DNA of 63,525 nt, the filler included, from Lama guanicoe (Eukaryota), in the NCBI GenBank assembly GCA_013239625.1. It is 132 parts of 132 records of this genome, joined end to end, with 100 filler letters (N's around TTAATTAATTAA, not from the genome) between each part and the next. Parts side by side here need not be neighbours in the genome. Positions count along the whole stretch, not along the records: positions 51,532 to 51,914 come from PNXV01059033.1; positions 52,015 to 52,398 come from PNXV01059034.1; positions 52,499 to 52,881 come from PNXV01059035.1; positions 52,982 to 53,364 come from PNXV01059036.1; positions 53,465 to 53,847 come from PNXV01059037.1; positions 53,948 to 54,331 come from PNXV01059038.1; positions 54,432 to 54,815 come from PNXV01059039.1; positions 54,916 to 55,299 come from PNXV01059040.1; 124 more parts are not named here. One strand, written 5' to 3'. This document shows positions 51,658-63,525 of the stretch, in pieces. A model generated the notes under the pieces. It had not been told where the DNA came from, did no database searches, and saw nothing but the letters and a program-made list of their open reading frames with translations. Position numbers and translations under genes: made by a program. Numbering within the stretch: the first letter of the stretch is position 1; the number at the start of each line of letters is the position of its first letter.

Positions 51658-52498
51658 GTGGGCCTTTCTCCTGGAGGAACAGACACACCAGCCATGGCCT
51701 TGACTCTGACCCAGCAGGGTTTTACAGACCTGTCATTTTTCGCCATCCTCTCCCCACCTCAGGCCAGCAAGGCTGGCTCTCTGGCCTTGCCGCCTGGTTC
51801 TCGGGCACGGCCCCTATGCTGGGAGGCTGACTTGCGGAGGGTCTTTTAGCCCTGCCCTCACACAGAGGCTTGAGCATCTCCGTGGGAGCTGGGGGCTGGG
51901 GCCTGGGGCCTGGGNNNNNNNNNNNNNNNNNNNNNNNNNNNNNNNNNNNNNNNNNNNNTTAATTAATTAANNNNNNNNNNNNNNNNNNNNNNNNNNNNNN
52001 NNNNNNNNNNNNNNAAATTAAACAATAATTAACTACTAAATTATGAGTGGTTTTGCTTTCAAAGCTGGTATATCCTCCGGGTGAAAGCTTTAGTCCAGAC
52101 TCCATGATCAGGGGCCCAAATGCCGGGACAGAAAGCGGGTGCGATGCGCTGATGACCGGGGGGATCTTGCTCTAACGGGGCTGACATATGCTTGGGAAGA
52201 TTCTTTTTTGTTACAAACACCAGAGACCAGCCCAACTGAACGTGGAAGACGGTGCGGGGAGAAAGGCACCGGAGACGTCTGGGACAGCAGGGGAAACGAA
52301 CGAAGAAACCCCCGAGGGGAAGCCAAGGGAAAACGCTGACAGTCTGCCCCCACCCAGAGCCTTTCTCACTTCACGCTCTTCGGAAACGCTCTCTCTCTNN
52401 NNNNNNNNNNNNNNNNNNNNNNNNNNNNNNNNNNNNNNNNNNTTAATTAATTAANNNNNNNNNNNNNNNNNNNNNNNNNNNNNNNNNNNNNNNNNNNN

Positions 52499-52881
52499 AA
52501 GACATACAGATGGCCAACAGGCACATAAAAAGATGCTCAACATCACTGGTCATTAGGAAAATGCAAACCAAAACAACAATGAGTTATCACCGCTTGTGAG
52601 GATGGTCGTCATCAAAAAACCCAGTGATGACAAGTGTGGGCCGGGCTGTGGATAAAAGGGACCCCTCATGCACTGTTAGTAAATTGATGCAGCCACTGTG
52701 GAAAACAGTATGGGTATCCTCAAAAAAATTTAAAATAGAAAAAACAGAACTAGTATAAGATCCAGCAATTGCACTTCTGGGTATTTATTTAAAGGAAACA
52801 AACATTTGAAAAGATATATGCATGCCTATGTTCGCTGCAGCATTATTTTCAGTAGCCAAGATATGGAAGCAACCTAAGAGT
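52499..52881 (+). mobile_element. L1 ORF2 C-terminal fragment
   Basis: gacatacagatggccaacaggcacat...aaatgcaaaccaaaac...gcagccactgtggaaaacagtatgg...gatccagcaattgcacttctgggtat. Confidence 0.9.
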
Positions 52882-55800
52882 NNNNNNNNNNNNNNNNNNN
52901 NNNNNNNNNNNNNNNNNNNNNNNNNTTAATTAATTAANNNNNNNNNNNNNNNNNNNNNNNNNNNNNNNNNNNNNNNNNNNNGAACAGGTGCCTCTAGAAA
53001 GGGGAAGTGAGATAAAGGGATGGAAGCAGGAAATTTTGTTTGTACTATGGTCTCTCTCTTATTTACATGTTTGCATGTATCTACACACACACAAACACAC
53101 ACCCCCTTAAGTGAAAAACGACAACCTTAATGTTTGTTAATAATGAGTAGTAGGCACTTAGGTGTTATGCCATTCCCGATACTCTTCTCTCTTTTTTTAA
53201 CTTAAGGAGGAACATCAAGATACAGTATCCCTGGTCTGTGAGTCTATTTCCGGTTTGTATACAGCTCACAGACAGACAGAAAACAAACCGCAGTTACCCA
53301 AGGGAAAAGGAGCCAGGAGGGATAAATTAGGAGTTTGGGATTAACATATACACACTACTGTATANNNNNNNNNNNNNNNNNNNNNNNNNNNNNNNNNNNN
53401 NNNNNNNNTTAATTAATTAANNNNNNNNNNNNNNNNNNNNNNNNNNNNNNNNNNNNNNNNNNNNTTTGCTTTATTACAATTAGAATATGTAAGAACATGG
53501 GAGCGTGTAACAACTGAGCCTGGGCCATCGCTACGAAAATGTGAGCATTAAGTTATTTTAAGTGCTCTTATCTCTGATTTTTACGTTCTTTGATATTTTA
53601 CACATGGCATCAAACACTTTTCTTCCAGGAATTTAGAGTCCTTGTTTTGTTTTTTTCTTACTTCTAATACTTTTCCCTTTTCCTTGTATATATTATCAGA
53701 TATCGTAGCATCTCTTAACAGTCATGTATGTATACAGTCAGTGTACTGAGCGTTCCAGTGGCTTTTAACCACTATCTAACTGTAACATAAATATCCATCT
53801 TCATAAAAATATCTACAGTCATGTATGTGCACATAACAGATTTTTTTNNNNNNNNNNNNNNNNNNNNNNNNNNNNNNNNNNNNNNNNNNNNTTAATTAAT
53901 TAANNNNNNNNNNNNNNNNNNNNNNNNNNNNNNNNNNNNNNNNNNNNGTCTTCCTCTGATAGGAGGGAACTGTGGGTTATGATGAGACAGTACCTTCCAT
54001 GGGTCATTGGTACACGGCGCCATCTCTGAAAGCTTTGTCACCAGGAAGACGACAAATGCCTGCCCTCCCTCCGTGAGTGCGATGGATCCGTGTAAACCCA
54101 GCCACGCCGCTCCTCACGGCGTGTGTGCATCAGACTCCTCGCACTTAGTTTAGGCTTTTAGCATTCATTACCTACCTTTAGTCTAACCCCTGTTTTGTGG
54201 GTTTTGAAGCTTCATCTCACGTGTCATCCATCAGACACCATGAAATCACCATCAGGTATACTGTGTTGGAACTCCAGAAGTAGGTAACCGTTTTCTTCTT
54301 CTCATTTTAATTCATCTCATTTTATTTCATTNNNNNNNNNNNNNNNNNNNNNNNNNNNNNNNNNNNNNNNNNNNNTTAATTAATTAANNNNNNNNNNNNN
54401 NNNNNNNNNNNNNNNNNNNNNNNNNNNNNNNAGCTTTTTCAAGGGGCTAGATAAATCTGCTCCATTCTTGTTAAACTGCCACACAGACAGGAGAACTGCC
54501 TCTCTAACGTATAAAATCACTTTTCGAATGAGGTTATCAGTGCCTCATACGGCAGCCTCTTTCATTTCTCTTGAAAGCTGATTTCAGGGGCATCTTTAGA
54601 AAGAGCTGATCTTCTGTTCCTGAAATAGGGCACTAAGCCCGGGGGAGCACATTACAGTGATTGCATCACTAAATAAAAATTAAAACTTTTCCACGAGCAC
54701 GGGCTGTCTTTTATATGTGAAGGGTCACTGCCGTCCCCTCCCACCTCGTCTCCCCAGGGTCCCCCAGGGAAGCACTGCTGAGGGACTTTGCTTTGTGCAC
54801 TGATGGTTTTTTTTTNNNNNNNNNNNNNNNNNNNNNNNNNNNNNNNNNNNNNNNNNNNNTTAATTAATTAANNNNNNNNNNNNNNNNNNNNNNNNNNNNN
54901 NNNNNNNNNNNNNNNAGCTGGATGCTGAACAGCGTGATTTCAGGAAGGCACTGATGCCCTGGGAGGTTCTGGCACCCAGTGAGGATGAAGGGGTTCACGG
55001 TGAGATTGCCTAGGGTTGTCTTAAGATAATATGATGGTTGACATCATTTGAGTGGCATATGTCGTTTGTATAACCCTTCCCTTACTCTGTGTGTCCTTGC
55101 CCACAATGCACACAGAAAAGCCCATGGTTGGGGGGGTGCAGGGGCTAAACCACAAAGCTAGTTACATTATAGTGAGCGCTGGGTCATGTCAGGTCGGGTC
55201 CTTGTCTCCGTCACCCAGCTGCATCCACCTCTATCTGGTTTCATACTGATCCTCATTTAGAGAAAGGAAAACCCTTTGAAACCCCTTATTCTGAGGGTGN
55301 NNNNNNNNNNNNNNNNNNNNNNNNNNNNNNNNNNNNNNNNNNNTTAATTAATTAANNNNNNNNNNNNNNNNNNNNNNNNNNNNNNNNNNNNNNNNNNNNC
55401 ACAAAATCCTGTGCCATAGCTGCCCGTTCTTACAGAAGATTTAGAGATGTTGTTAGGAAAAAGTGATACTATATAACTTTTATTTCAAAGTGTAATATGA
55501 GGAACTCCTTCACTTTCAGAGCTTTGCTATCTCTATAAATGATATGTATTAGTGACTTTTTGAAAGTAGAAATCATATCTTAAACATGTGTATCTCTCAA
55601 TTTCCTTTGGATGTTTAATAAGAGGGAAGAATGAATGTACTAATCTTTTATTTCTCAAAAATATAAACATTTTATTTTATGTTTAATTAATATTTGTTGA
55701 GTATTAAATGCATTTTAAATACAAGAAAGAAATCGTACCTGTCTAGATATATTTAAACAATGTAAAAACATGATCATAATATANNNNNNNNNNNNNNNNN

Positions 55801-56368
55801 NNNNNNNNNNNNNNNNNNNNNNNNNNNTTAATTAATTAANNNNNNNNNNNNNNNNNNNNNNNNNNNNNNNNNNNNNNNNNNNNTAGTTAAGTATTTGTTT
55901 TTTTACATATTTTGATAACTTTCAGAAGACAGCACTAGTATCTCAAGACCAGGTATCTTAGGAGACTTCATTTTATAAACTGCTGACAAGGATGAGTTTA
56001 TAATGATGTTAGTAGTTATAATTATGCAGTTATAAATAATGCAGCATAAAAGGCAGGGTTAGACAGGGAATGAGATTGAGCTTTTGTTAACATTTTCAAT
56101 TTGTTACTCAAGTGGTCATATGGTCTGAGCTAGTTTTATGAGGCAGAATGATGTTTGTGTAGTTGCAGTCCTCCTTTTCTTTCTGAAATTCTCTGTGGGT
56201 AACATTGCTAGTGAAGACTAATGACATTTGTAAACTGCGTTCTGTCGTGTACAAGCATGATAAGGACNNNNNNNNNNNNNNNNNNNNNNNNNNNNNNNNN
56301 NNNNNNNNNNNTTAATTAATTAANNNNNNNNNNNNNNNNNNNNNNNNNNNNNNNNNNNNNNNNNNNNC

Positions 56369-56749
<381 letters not shown>

Positions 56750-57335
56750 TCNNNNNNNNNNNNNNNNNNNNNNNNNNNNNNNNNNNNNNNNNNNNTTAAT
56801 TAATTAANNNNNNNNNNNNNNNNNNNNNNNNNNNNNNNNNNNNNNNNNNNNGTTGCTTGTATTATGTTACTGCATTATGTTGATTGTATGAGTTTTAATT
56901 AGAGTAATTTATAAATGAATATTAAATTCATTAATACGAAGTTAACACCTTTTGTTTTTCAGTAAAATTTCTACATGTTAAGATGGTTAGTATTTTATTC
57001 TTTATTTATAAAGTTACAGCAACAAAAACTATTTTCTTTTCCCCAGGTTTCCACCTTTTAGTGTAAAAAGGAAAGAATATCTTCAGTGTTTCTATAACTG
57101 AGGTTTGTCTACAATATCGACAGTTGTTTACCTCACAGCACCGTTTGCAGTAATATTGTAGATTCTGCATGCTCTAGATTTTAAGCTGTGCTGTATGAGT
57201 TTGTAGTGGTTGTAATTTTGTTGTTTTATGTTTTGNNNNNNNNNNNNNNNNNNNNNNNNNNNNNNNNNNNNNNNNNNNNTTAATTAATTAANNNNNNNNN
57301 NNNNNNNNNNNNNNNNNNNNNNNNNNNNNNNNNNN

Positions 57336-57695
57336 CTGCCCGTGGCTTGTTATTAGCAGGGTATATCACCCAGCCTTTCTATCCCAGATGCTTTGTTCCC
57401 GAGATGCCGAAGAAATGTTTAGCGCTGGCCATTTTATGGTGCTTGGGAATTCTGAATGCTCAAGGAGTGAAGGAAATGACTTGGTTTCAGACTGTCAGTA
57501 CGGTTGTGAAAATGACAGTTCTCTGCTTCATATCCGTAACTGGACTCATGTTGGTGGTGAGAGGAAGAAAGGAGAACCTTGCCAGGTTTGAGAAAGCTTT
57601 CGACGGTGAAGTTCCAAATGCCTCGCAGATGGCAGAAGCCTTCTTACAAGGACTATATGCATATTCTGGCTGGGGAGTCCTTGTTTGAATAGCAG
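57336..57695 (+). pseudogene. SLC7A13/SLC7A12-like amino-acid transporter first-exon fragment with an in-frame TGA
   Basis: QPFYP.C.VP..PKKCLALAILW.LGILN..GVKE.TWFQ...FLQGLYAYSGW..LV*IA(G)|gtaaag; stop at 57686-57688. Confidence 0.8.
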
Positions 57696-57872
57696 GTAAA
57701 GTTATTATTTTTTAATTATNNNNNNNNNNNNNNNNNNNNNNNNNNNNNNNNNNNNNNNNNNNNTTAATTAATTAANNNNNNNNNNNNNNNNNNNNNNNNN
57801 NNNNNNNNNNNNNNNNNNNAGCCACCTGGGGGACCCCCCAGGTTCCAAGCTCACATGGCCTGCCACCCCCAG

Positions 57873-58203
57873 GATGTGTTTCTCATGATCCGGTGCCACA
57901 AGACTGCCGTCTTCACTGACACTATGGAGTCAAGCATCGTGTTTCAGCTGAAGTGCAGTGTCCAGGGCATCCTCAAGCGGCCACTAGATGACCAGCTTTT
58001 GGATGACAGCAAGACATTGGGCGAAGTGTGGCTTCACTAGCCAGACAGCATGGCTGCAGGCCCCAGTGGCCATGAGGCCAGACTTCCAGGCAGCTAATGC
58101 CCCTGAGGTCCTGAGCACTGAGCCCCTCTCCAGCCCGCCCCAGCTGCCAGACGTGATGAAGCCACAGGACTCAGGAAGCAGAGCCAATGGACAAGCTGTG
58201 CAG
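57873..58203 (+). pseudogene. ELOB: Elongin B processed pseudogene
   Basis: DVFLMIR.HKT..FTD..ESS.VF.LK...GILKRP, then a 21-nt deletion, DDQLLDD.KTLGE, a +1 frameshift, and CGFTSQTA...SSPP.LPDVMKPQDSGS.AN.QAVQ; no introns within the CDS. Confidence 0.93.
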
Positions 58204-59004
58204 NNNNNNNNNNNNNNNNNNNNNNNNNNNNNNNNNNNNNNNNNNNNTTAATTAATTAANNNNNNNNNNNNNNNNNNNNNNNNNNNNNNNNNNNNNNNNN
58301 NNNATCAGTTCTTCAAATTCCAGTCCAATATCATAGATGTTATTTTAACCTTCCTTTTTTTCTATATTTGTAACTCCCTTCTCCAACAGTCAGATACCTA
58401 GTTCCCATTATCCACAATATATAAACTTTTTTGTTCAGTCCTAGAATACATAGAAAGAAGTTTTGGAACTGCCAATCCTATATCATGGTGGAAAGCAAAT
58501 TTACTAGTTAAAAAGTTTTGGTTTGTTTTTAGCCTGAGAGCATAAAAAATAACATTGTTCTGTTCAAAAGTTGCTTAGATTAATTACCTCTACATCCCCC
58601 ACAGCGTGGTTATGTTATACCGCTAGATACATTTGTTTTTCTCTATATTCCATTTTAGTTTTTTCCACAGCCTTTTTTATTTTATAANNNNNNNNNNNNN
58701 NNNNNNNNNNNNNNNNNNNNNNNNNNNNNNNTTAATTAATTAANNNNNNNNNNNNNNNNNNNNNNNNNNNNNNNNNNNNNNNNNNNNGGGGCCCCCCTTT
58801 TTTGTTCAGGATTCCTACCAGGTTCTCACACTGAAAACTGGGGAAAATGCGCTTCACTTCCAGCAGGGGAGAAAGAAACTATTTTGAAATAGGACCACAC
58901 TTCATTCTTCTTAATGCCGCCTGCCCTCAAGAGAAATGATTTTACCAGGTGGTAAACAACTGAGGATTGAACAGAACATAACTGACCTGAAATACCAAAA
59001 TCTA

Positions 59005-59171
59005 ACACACTTTAGAGAAACCATATAAATGTAACAAATGTAAGAAAAGCGCCAGCTAGAGAGCTAACCTTTACTATCCCAAGTAATTCACACGGTAGAG
59101 AAACTCTGTTTGCAACCAATGCGAAAAAGCTGTCACTGATTGTTTATCACTTTAACAAAAACACATTCTCA
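59005..59171 (+). pseudogene. Decayed C2H2 zinc-finger remnants
   Basis: HTLEKPYKCNKCKKSAS*RANL...IHTVEKL..CNQCEKA, with stops and frameshifts. Confidence 0.7.
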
Positions 59172-60239
59172 NNNNNNNNNNNNNNNNNNNNNNNNNNNNN
59201 NNNNNNNNNNNNNNNTTAATTAATTAANNNNNNNNNNNNNNNNNNNNNNNNNNNNNNNNNNNNNNNNNNNNCTGTTGATATATTTTGTCCCAAAAATAAG
59301 TTACCTCTTAGAATAATTACTCCAAAATCAAACCCTGAAATGCTTTCAATGTTGTCAAACTTACACATTATTATAATGTTCATATAGATAATGATATAGA
59401 TAAAGATAAAAAATGATCTTTTATGTGTTCAATGCAATTCAAAAGAAATTATTTAATGGTTCTAATAAATCATGTTAGATCTGAAATATAGGTGGAAAAA
59501 TTAGAAACCAATAATTTTCCTTGTCTTCTCATTGTACAAGAGTAGTAGCCAATGGTAAACAAATATGTCACATGACAAGGTATGTACATGTTAAGAATTA
59601 ACTTTCATCACCACAGAAGTCAGATTTATTGATTGTATTCAAATGAAAGAAAAAANNNNNNNNNNNNNNNNNNNNNNNNNNNNNNNNNNNNNNNNNNNNT
59701 TAATTAATTAANNNNNNNNNNNNNNNNNNNNNNNNNNNNNNNNNNNNNNNNNNNNATCTATCTATCTATCTATCTAATTAATTATAATAGCGTTTAGTCT
59801 CCTTAATTCAACTAATTAAAATAGGAAAGGAAGGAAGGGAAACAGGAAGGGCAAAGGTGCAGGAATAAGAGTAGAGTCACGGGGCTTTAGAAAGTCAGAT
59901 TGGAACCAGTTTACGGAGGATCCAGCCACACCAGTTTAAAGGTGTGCTTTTGATCCTGCTGGCTACAGAACTGCAGATGGAAATAATCGGTGGCATGACT
60001 TTAGAAAGGAGCAGACAACTGCCGCGAGATCTGGACTTGTCTTTGGAGTTCTAATAGTATTTAACTAGAAATGGGAGCCAAATAACTTTATGATGTTTAC
60101 AGTGTCTCGGTTGTAAAAGAAGGACCATTGTTACTATTTNNNNNNNNNNNNNNNNNNNNNNNNNNNNNNNNNNNNNNNNNNNNTTAATTAATTAANNNNN
60201 NNNNNNNNNNNNNNNNNNNNNNNNNNNNNNNNNNNNNNN

Positions 60240-60623
60240 CTAAAATTAAGTCCTGATAATATGTGTGCCTTGACATCTGGGGAAAACCTGGAGAGCCTCA
60301 AATGTCTTAGTGGCAAGTTTTCCTCCCTACTGTGTTCCCTGGATGAGGTCCTTGGTCAAATAGCCCTACTAGTCACGAGGACCAGACCCACCACATGGTC
60401 TCCCCTGAGGAGCAAACGTTAGTTCCTGGACAGTCTGCAGGGTTACTTACACAAGCCGATCACATCCTCCTGCAGGAACCAGAGATCAACTCACCCCCTT
60501 GTTTTAAGAAGCCTGCCTACCACAGCCCTTACCTGTTCATCTCCCTAAGTGCAGTCCCCATGTGGCCCTGTGTGGCTCAGTGTTCTCCTGCCTCGGCTGT
60601 CAGTGTCATCTGCCCAGTGTCTG
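60240..60623 (+). mobile_element. ERVL-class LTR (MER54/MER73/MER74-like)
   Basis: tgccttgacatctgggg...acaagccgatcacatcctcc...aagcctgcct...cccatgtggccctg resemble recalled consensus sequences. Confidence 0.4.
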
Positions 60624-60767
60624 NNNNNNNNNNNNNNNNNNNNNNNNNNNNNNNNNNNNNNNNNNNNTTAATTAATTAANNNNNNNNNNNNNNNNNNNNN
60701 NNNNNNNNNNNNNNNNNNNNNNNAAAAATAAAGAAAACTCCCATGAGCATCCAGGCAACACACTTAC

Positions 60768-60810
60768 CAGGAGCCAGGAAAACGAGAAGCAGGGCTGGCC
60801 CCCGCAGCAT
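60768..60810 (-). CDS. TRGV: T-cell receptor gamma V gene leader exon (L-PART1)
   Basis: 43-bp ATG...CCTG|gtaagt exon encoding MLRGPALLLVFLAP, with the length and wording of TRGV leaders (human MQWALAVLLAFLSP); preceded by aggcATG. Confidence 0.7.
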
Positions 60811-61691
60811 GCCTGTGGTCGTGAGTGAGACTGGGCTTCGGAACAGATGTGACAGGAGGGAAGTGGGGCTCTCTCTTAAAGACTCCAGGCTGAGGGCAGA
60901 CGGGGCGGGTTCTGCAGGGGGCCTCCTGGAGGAGCCCCGACCCTCTGCTCCCACCCAGTGCTTGAGGGCCCTCCTGAGGCCGGCCTGGAGCAGGCCCTCT
61001 CCCAAGGGCAGCAGGGAGCCCTGGGGGCTCAGAGCTACAAGCAGGTGGGTCAGCTGGGGTGGGAGGGAGACCTTGGATGAGCTTGCCTGTGGCCTCGGGG
61101 AGAGCGCNNNNNNNNNNNNNNNNNNNNNNNNNNNNNNNNNNNNNNNNNNNNTTAATTAATTAANNNNNNNNNNNNNNNNNNNNNNNNNNNNNNNNNNNNN
61201 NNNNNNNCACTGGAAACAGGTGGAAAAGGGATGTGGAGGGAGAGACCAGGGCAGTGAGCCAGAAGAGAAATGACCCTGACTCCAGACGGGCTGGAGGCAT
61301 TGGACCCATGAGAAGTGACTGCGTTTTGTATTTCCCTTCATTCAGAAAGGAATGGTGGGAAATGTGATATCACCACTGACAAAATTCAGTCAATAGTTAA
61401 CTGGAATTCAATCAGCAGTTTTCCATAAGAAGACAGAGGACCCAGGGAAGTTCACCCCCAAATTATATAAAATCCTTCACAGAACAGATAAAGGCACCGA
61501 ACAGACCGAGAACACATTTCATCCCATTTATGGGCTTAGAATGAACTTGATCCCAAAATGTGTCAAGGAACACCAAAAAGAAAAAAAAAAANNNNNNNNN
61601 NNNNNNNNNNNNNNNNNNNNNNNNNNNNNNNNNNNTTAATTAATTAANNNNNNNNNNNNNNNNNNNNNNNNNNNNNNNNNNNNNNNNNNNN

Positions 61692-62073
61692 TTAGGTTGT
61701 TTCCATGTCTTGGCTATTGTATATAGTGCCTCTATGAACACTGGGGTGCATGTATCTTTTCGAATTTGAGTTTCCTCTGGATATATGCCCAGGAGTGAGA
61801 CTGCTGGGTCATATGGTAAGTCTAGTTTTAGTCTTTTGAAGAATCTCCATACTGTTTTCCACAATAGCTGCACCAAACTGAATTCGAACCAACAGTGTAG
61901 GAGGATTTCCTTTTCTCCACACCTTCTCCAGCAGTTTTCATTCTGTTGAATGATGGCCATTCTGACTAGTGTGAAGTGATACCTCATTATAGTTTTGATT
62001 TGCATGTCTCTGATAATAAGTGAGATTGAGCATTTTTTCACGTGCCTATTGGCCATTTGTATGTCTTCATTGG
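61692..62073 (-). mobile_element. L1 ORF2 C-terminal (Cys-rich) fragment, relatively young
   Basis: [24 protein letters not shown]...CWR.CGEK..LLHCW...LWKTVWRF...LPYDPA..LLGIYP. Confidence 0.95.
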
Positions 62074-62657
62074 NNNNNNNNNNNNNNNNNNNNNNNNNNN
62101 NNNNNNNNNNNNNNNNNTTAATTAATTAANNNNNNNNNNNNNNNNNNNNNNNNNNNNNNNNNNNNNNNNNNNNTTTTTTTGGTTCATTGTGTGATAACTT
62201 TTTATTCAGAGTAATGATAGAAACTATATTCAGGCTCCTGCCACCACTGAAACTGTAAATAGATAGGTTAATGAGGTAATTGTGCATACCTTTTTTGTGG
62301 TGATAAATTTAAAAAAATTATTCCTGTTAATCAAAACTTTTTAGCAGGAACATCAAAAAGTTAACTTAAAATGTAAAGACTTATCTCAAGGGGCAGCATT
62401 AAAAAAAGAAAGTAAAGACTATCCTTACTAGCATTTCAGTATTAGGATTTACTATTTGAACCTGCGTAATAGTTTTTTGGAAATCAATTAAATGTATTGT
62501 AGTGCTACAGAATTCCTGTACCTTAAGCCATTAACATGTCTGTAGTTCTTAATGAAGNNNNNNNNNNNNNNNNNNNNNNNNNNNNNNNNNNNNNNNNNNN
62601 NTTAATTAATTAANNNNNNNNNNNNNNNNNNNNNNNNNNNNNNNNNNNNNNNNNNNN

Positions 62658-63010
62658 ACATTATGCTAAGTGAAATAAGCCAGTCACAAAAAGACAAATA
62701 CTGCATAATACCACTTATATGAGGTATCTAAAGTAGTCGAATTTTTAGAAACAGAAAGTAAAATGGTAGTTGCCAGGGGCTGGGGGAGGGAGGAAATGGG
62801 GAGTTGCTGTTTAATGGGTATGGAGTTTCAGTTTTGCAAGATGAAAAGCACTGGAGATCTGTTATATAACAGTGTGCATATATTTAATACTCCTGTACTG
62901 GGTTTATTTGTCTCATCATCTGGATATCACTTATGTTTTCCTGACACTTACACTTAAAAATGGTTAAGACTGTAAATTTTATGTATATGTTTTTTCACCA
63001 CAATAAAAGT
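62658..63010 (+). mobile_element. L1MB-type 3' end
   Basis: acattatgctaagtgaaataagccagtcacaaaaagacaaatactg...gagtttcagttttgcaagatgaaaa...acacttaaaaatggttaag. Confidence 0.9.
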
Positions 63011-63525
63011 AATGGTTAAAATAGAGAAAGAAAGAAACAAANNNNNNNNNNNNNNNNNNNNNNNNNNNNNNNNNNNNNNNNNNNNTTAATTAATTAANNN
63101 NNNNNNNNNNNNNNNNNNNNNNNNNNNNNNNNNNNNNNNNNAAACGTTTTCATCCCAGTTGAACTCTCTAACTGTTCATCATTTTTTAACTTGACCAAAG
63201 TAGATTAGTGATTTTCCAAGCTAGAAGTTACATCATTTGTTTAGCTGTAATTTACCTGCATGAGGAGACTTGACATTGCTTTAAAAAAGCTAGTTTCTCT
63301 GCTTTAAACTCCTCACCTATTTTAGATTTCAGCCCTTCTTTCTAAAATTTCTTCTCCTACTTTCACCTCAAAGACTATTTTCCTTGATAGTATATCCAAA
63401 AGACAAATGACAGTGAAGATTATCTTTTTATGGGATCTATTAACAATCCATCATATCAAAGGACAAGAGTGCTCACTCTTTTTATTCTTATTGTGGTTCC
63501 AAATGTGACTGTGGTTTTTTTTTTT

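Noticed and set aside
52015..52398. Possible ERV leader or rDNA-spacer sequence
   Set aside because: CpG-containing, but no PBS, gag start or rRNA similarity could be identified.

Overview
This window is not one contiguous locus. It is a concatenation of about 132 unrelated mammalian mini-contigs, each about 380-384 bp and ordered by increasing length. They are joined by a synthetic ~100-bp spacer (N44-TTAATTAATTAA-N44), which is a palindromic six-frame stop linker. Adjacency between fragments therefore has no biological meaning, and no multi-gene system can be inferred. The repeat content points to a cetartiodactyl, most likely a camelid. Recognisable pieces are: exons of CR2, VAC14, a diverged SPOCK3, an OR2L13-like receptor and a C2H2 ZNF array; a TRGV leader exon; a butyrophilin-type 27-bp microexon; an SP110-like exon; an SLC7A13/SLC7A12-like exon with a nonsense codon; and retrocopies of VPS26A and ELOB. 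It also contains ERV-L pol and class III integrase remnants, many L1/L2/MIR/MLT/Tigger fragments, a 16-bp minisatellite, a ~250-bp satellite, and one pair of ~93%-identical contigs. All gene and repeat names come from recalled sequences, not database searches.
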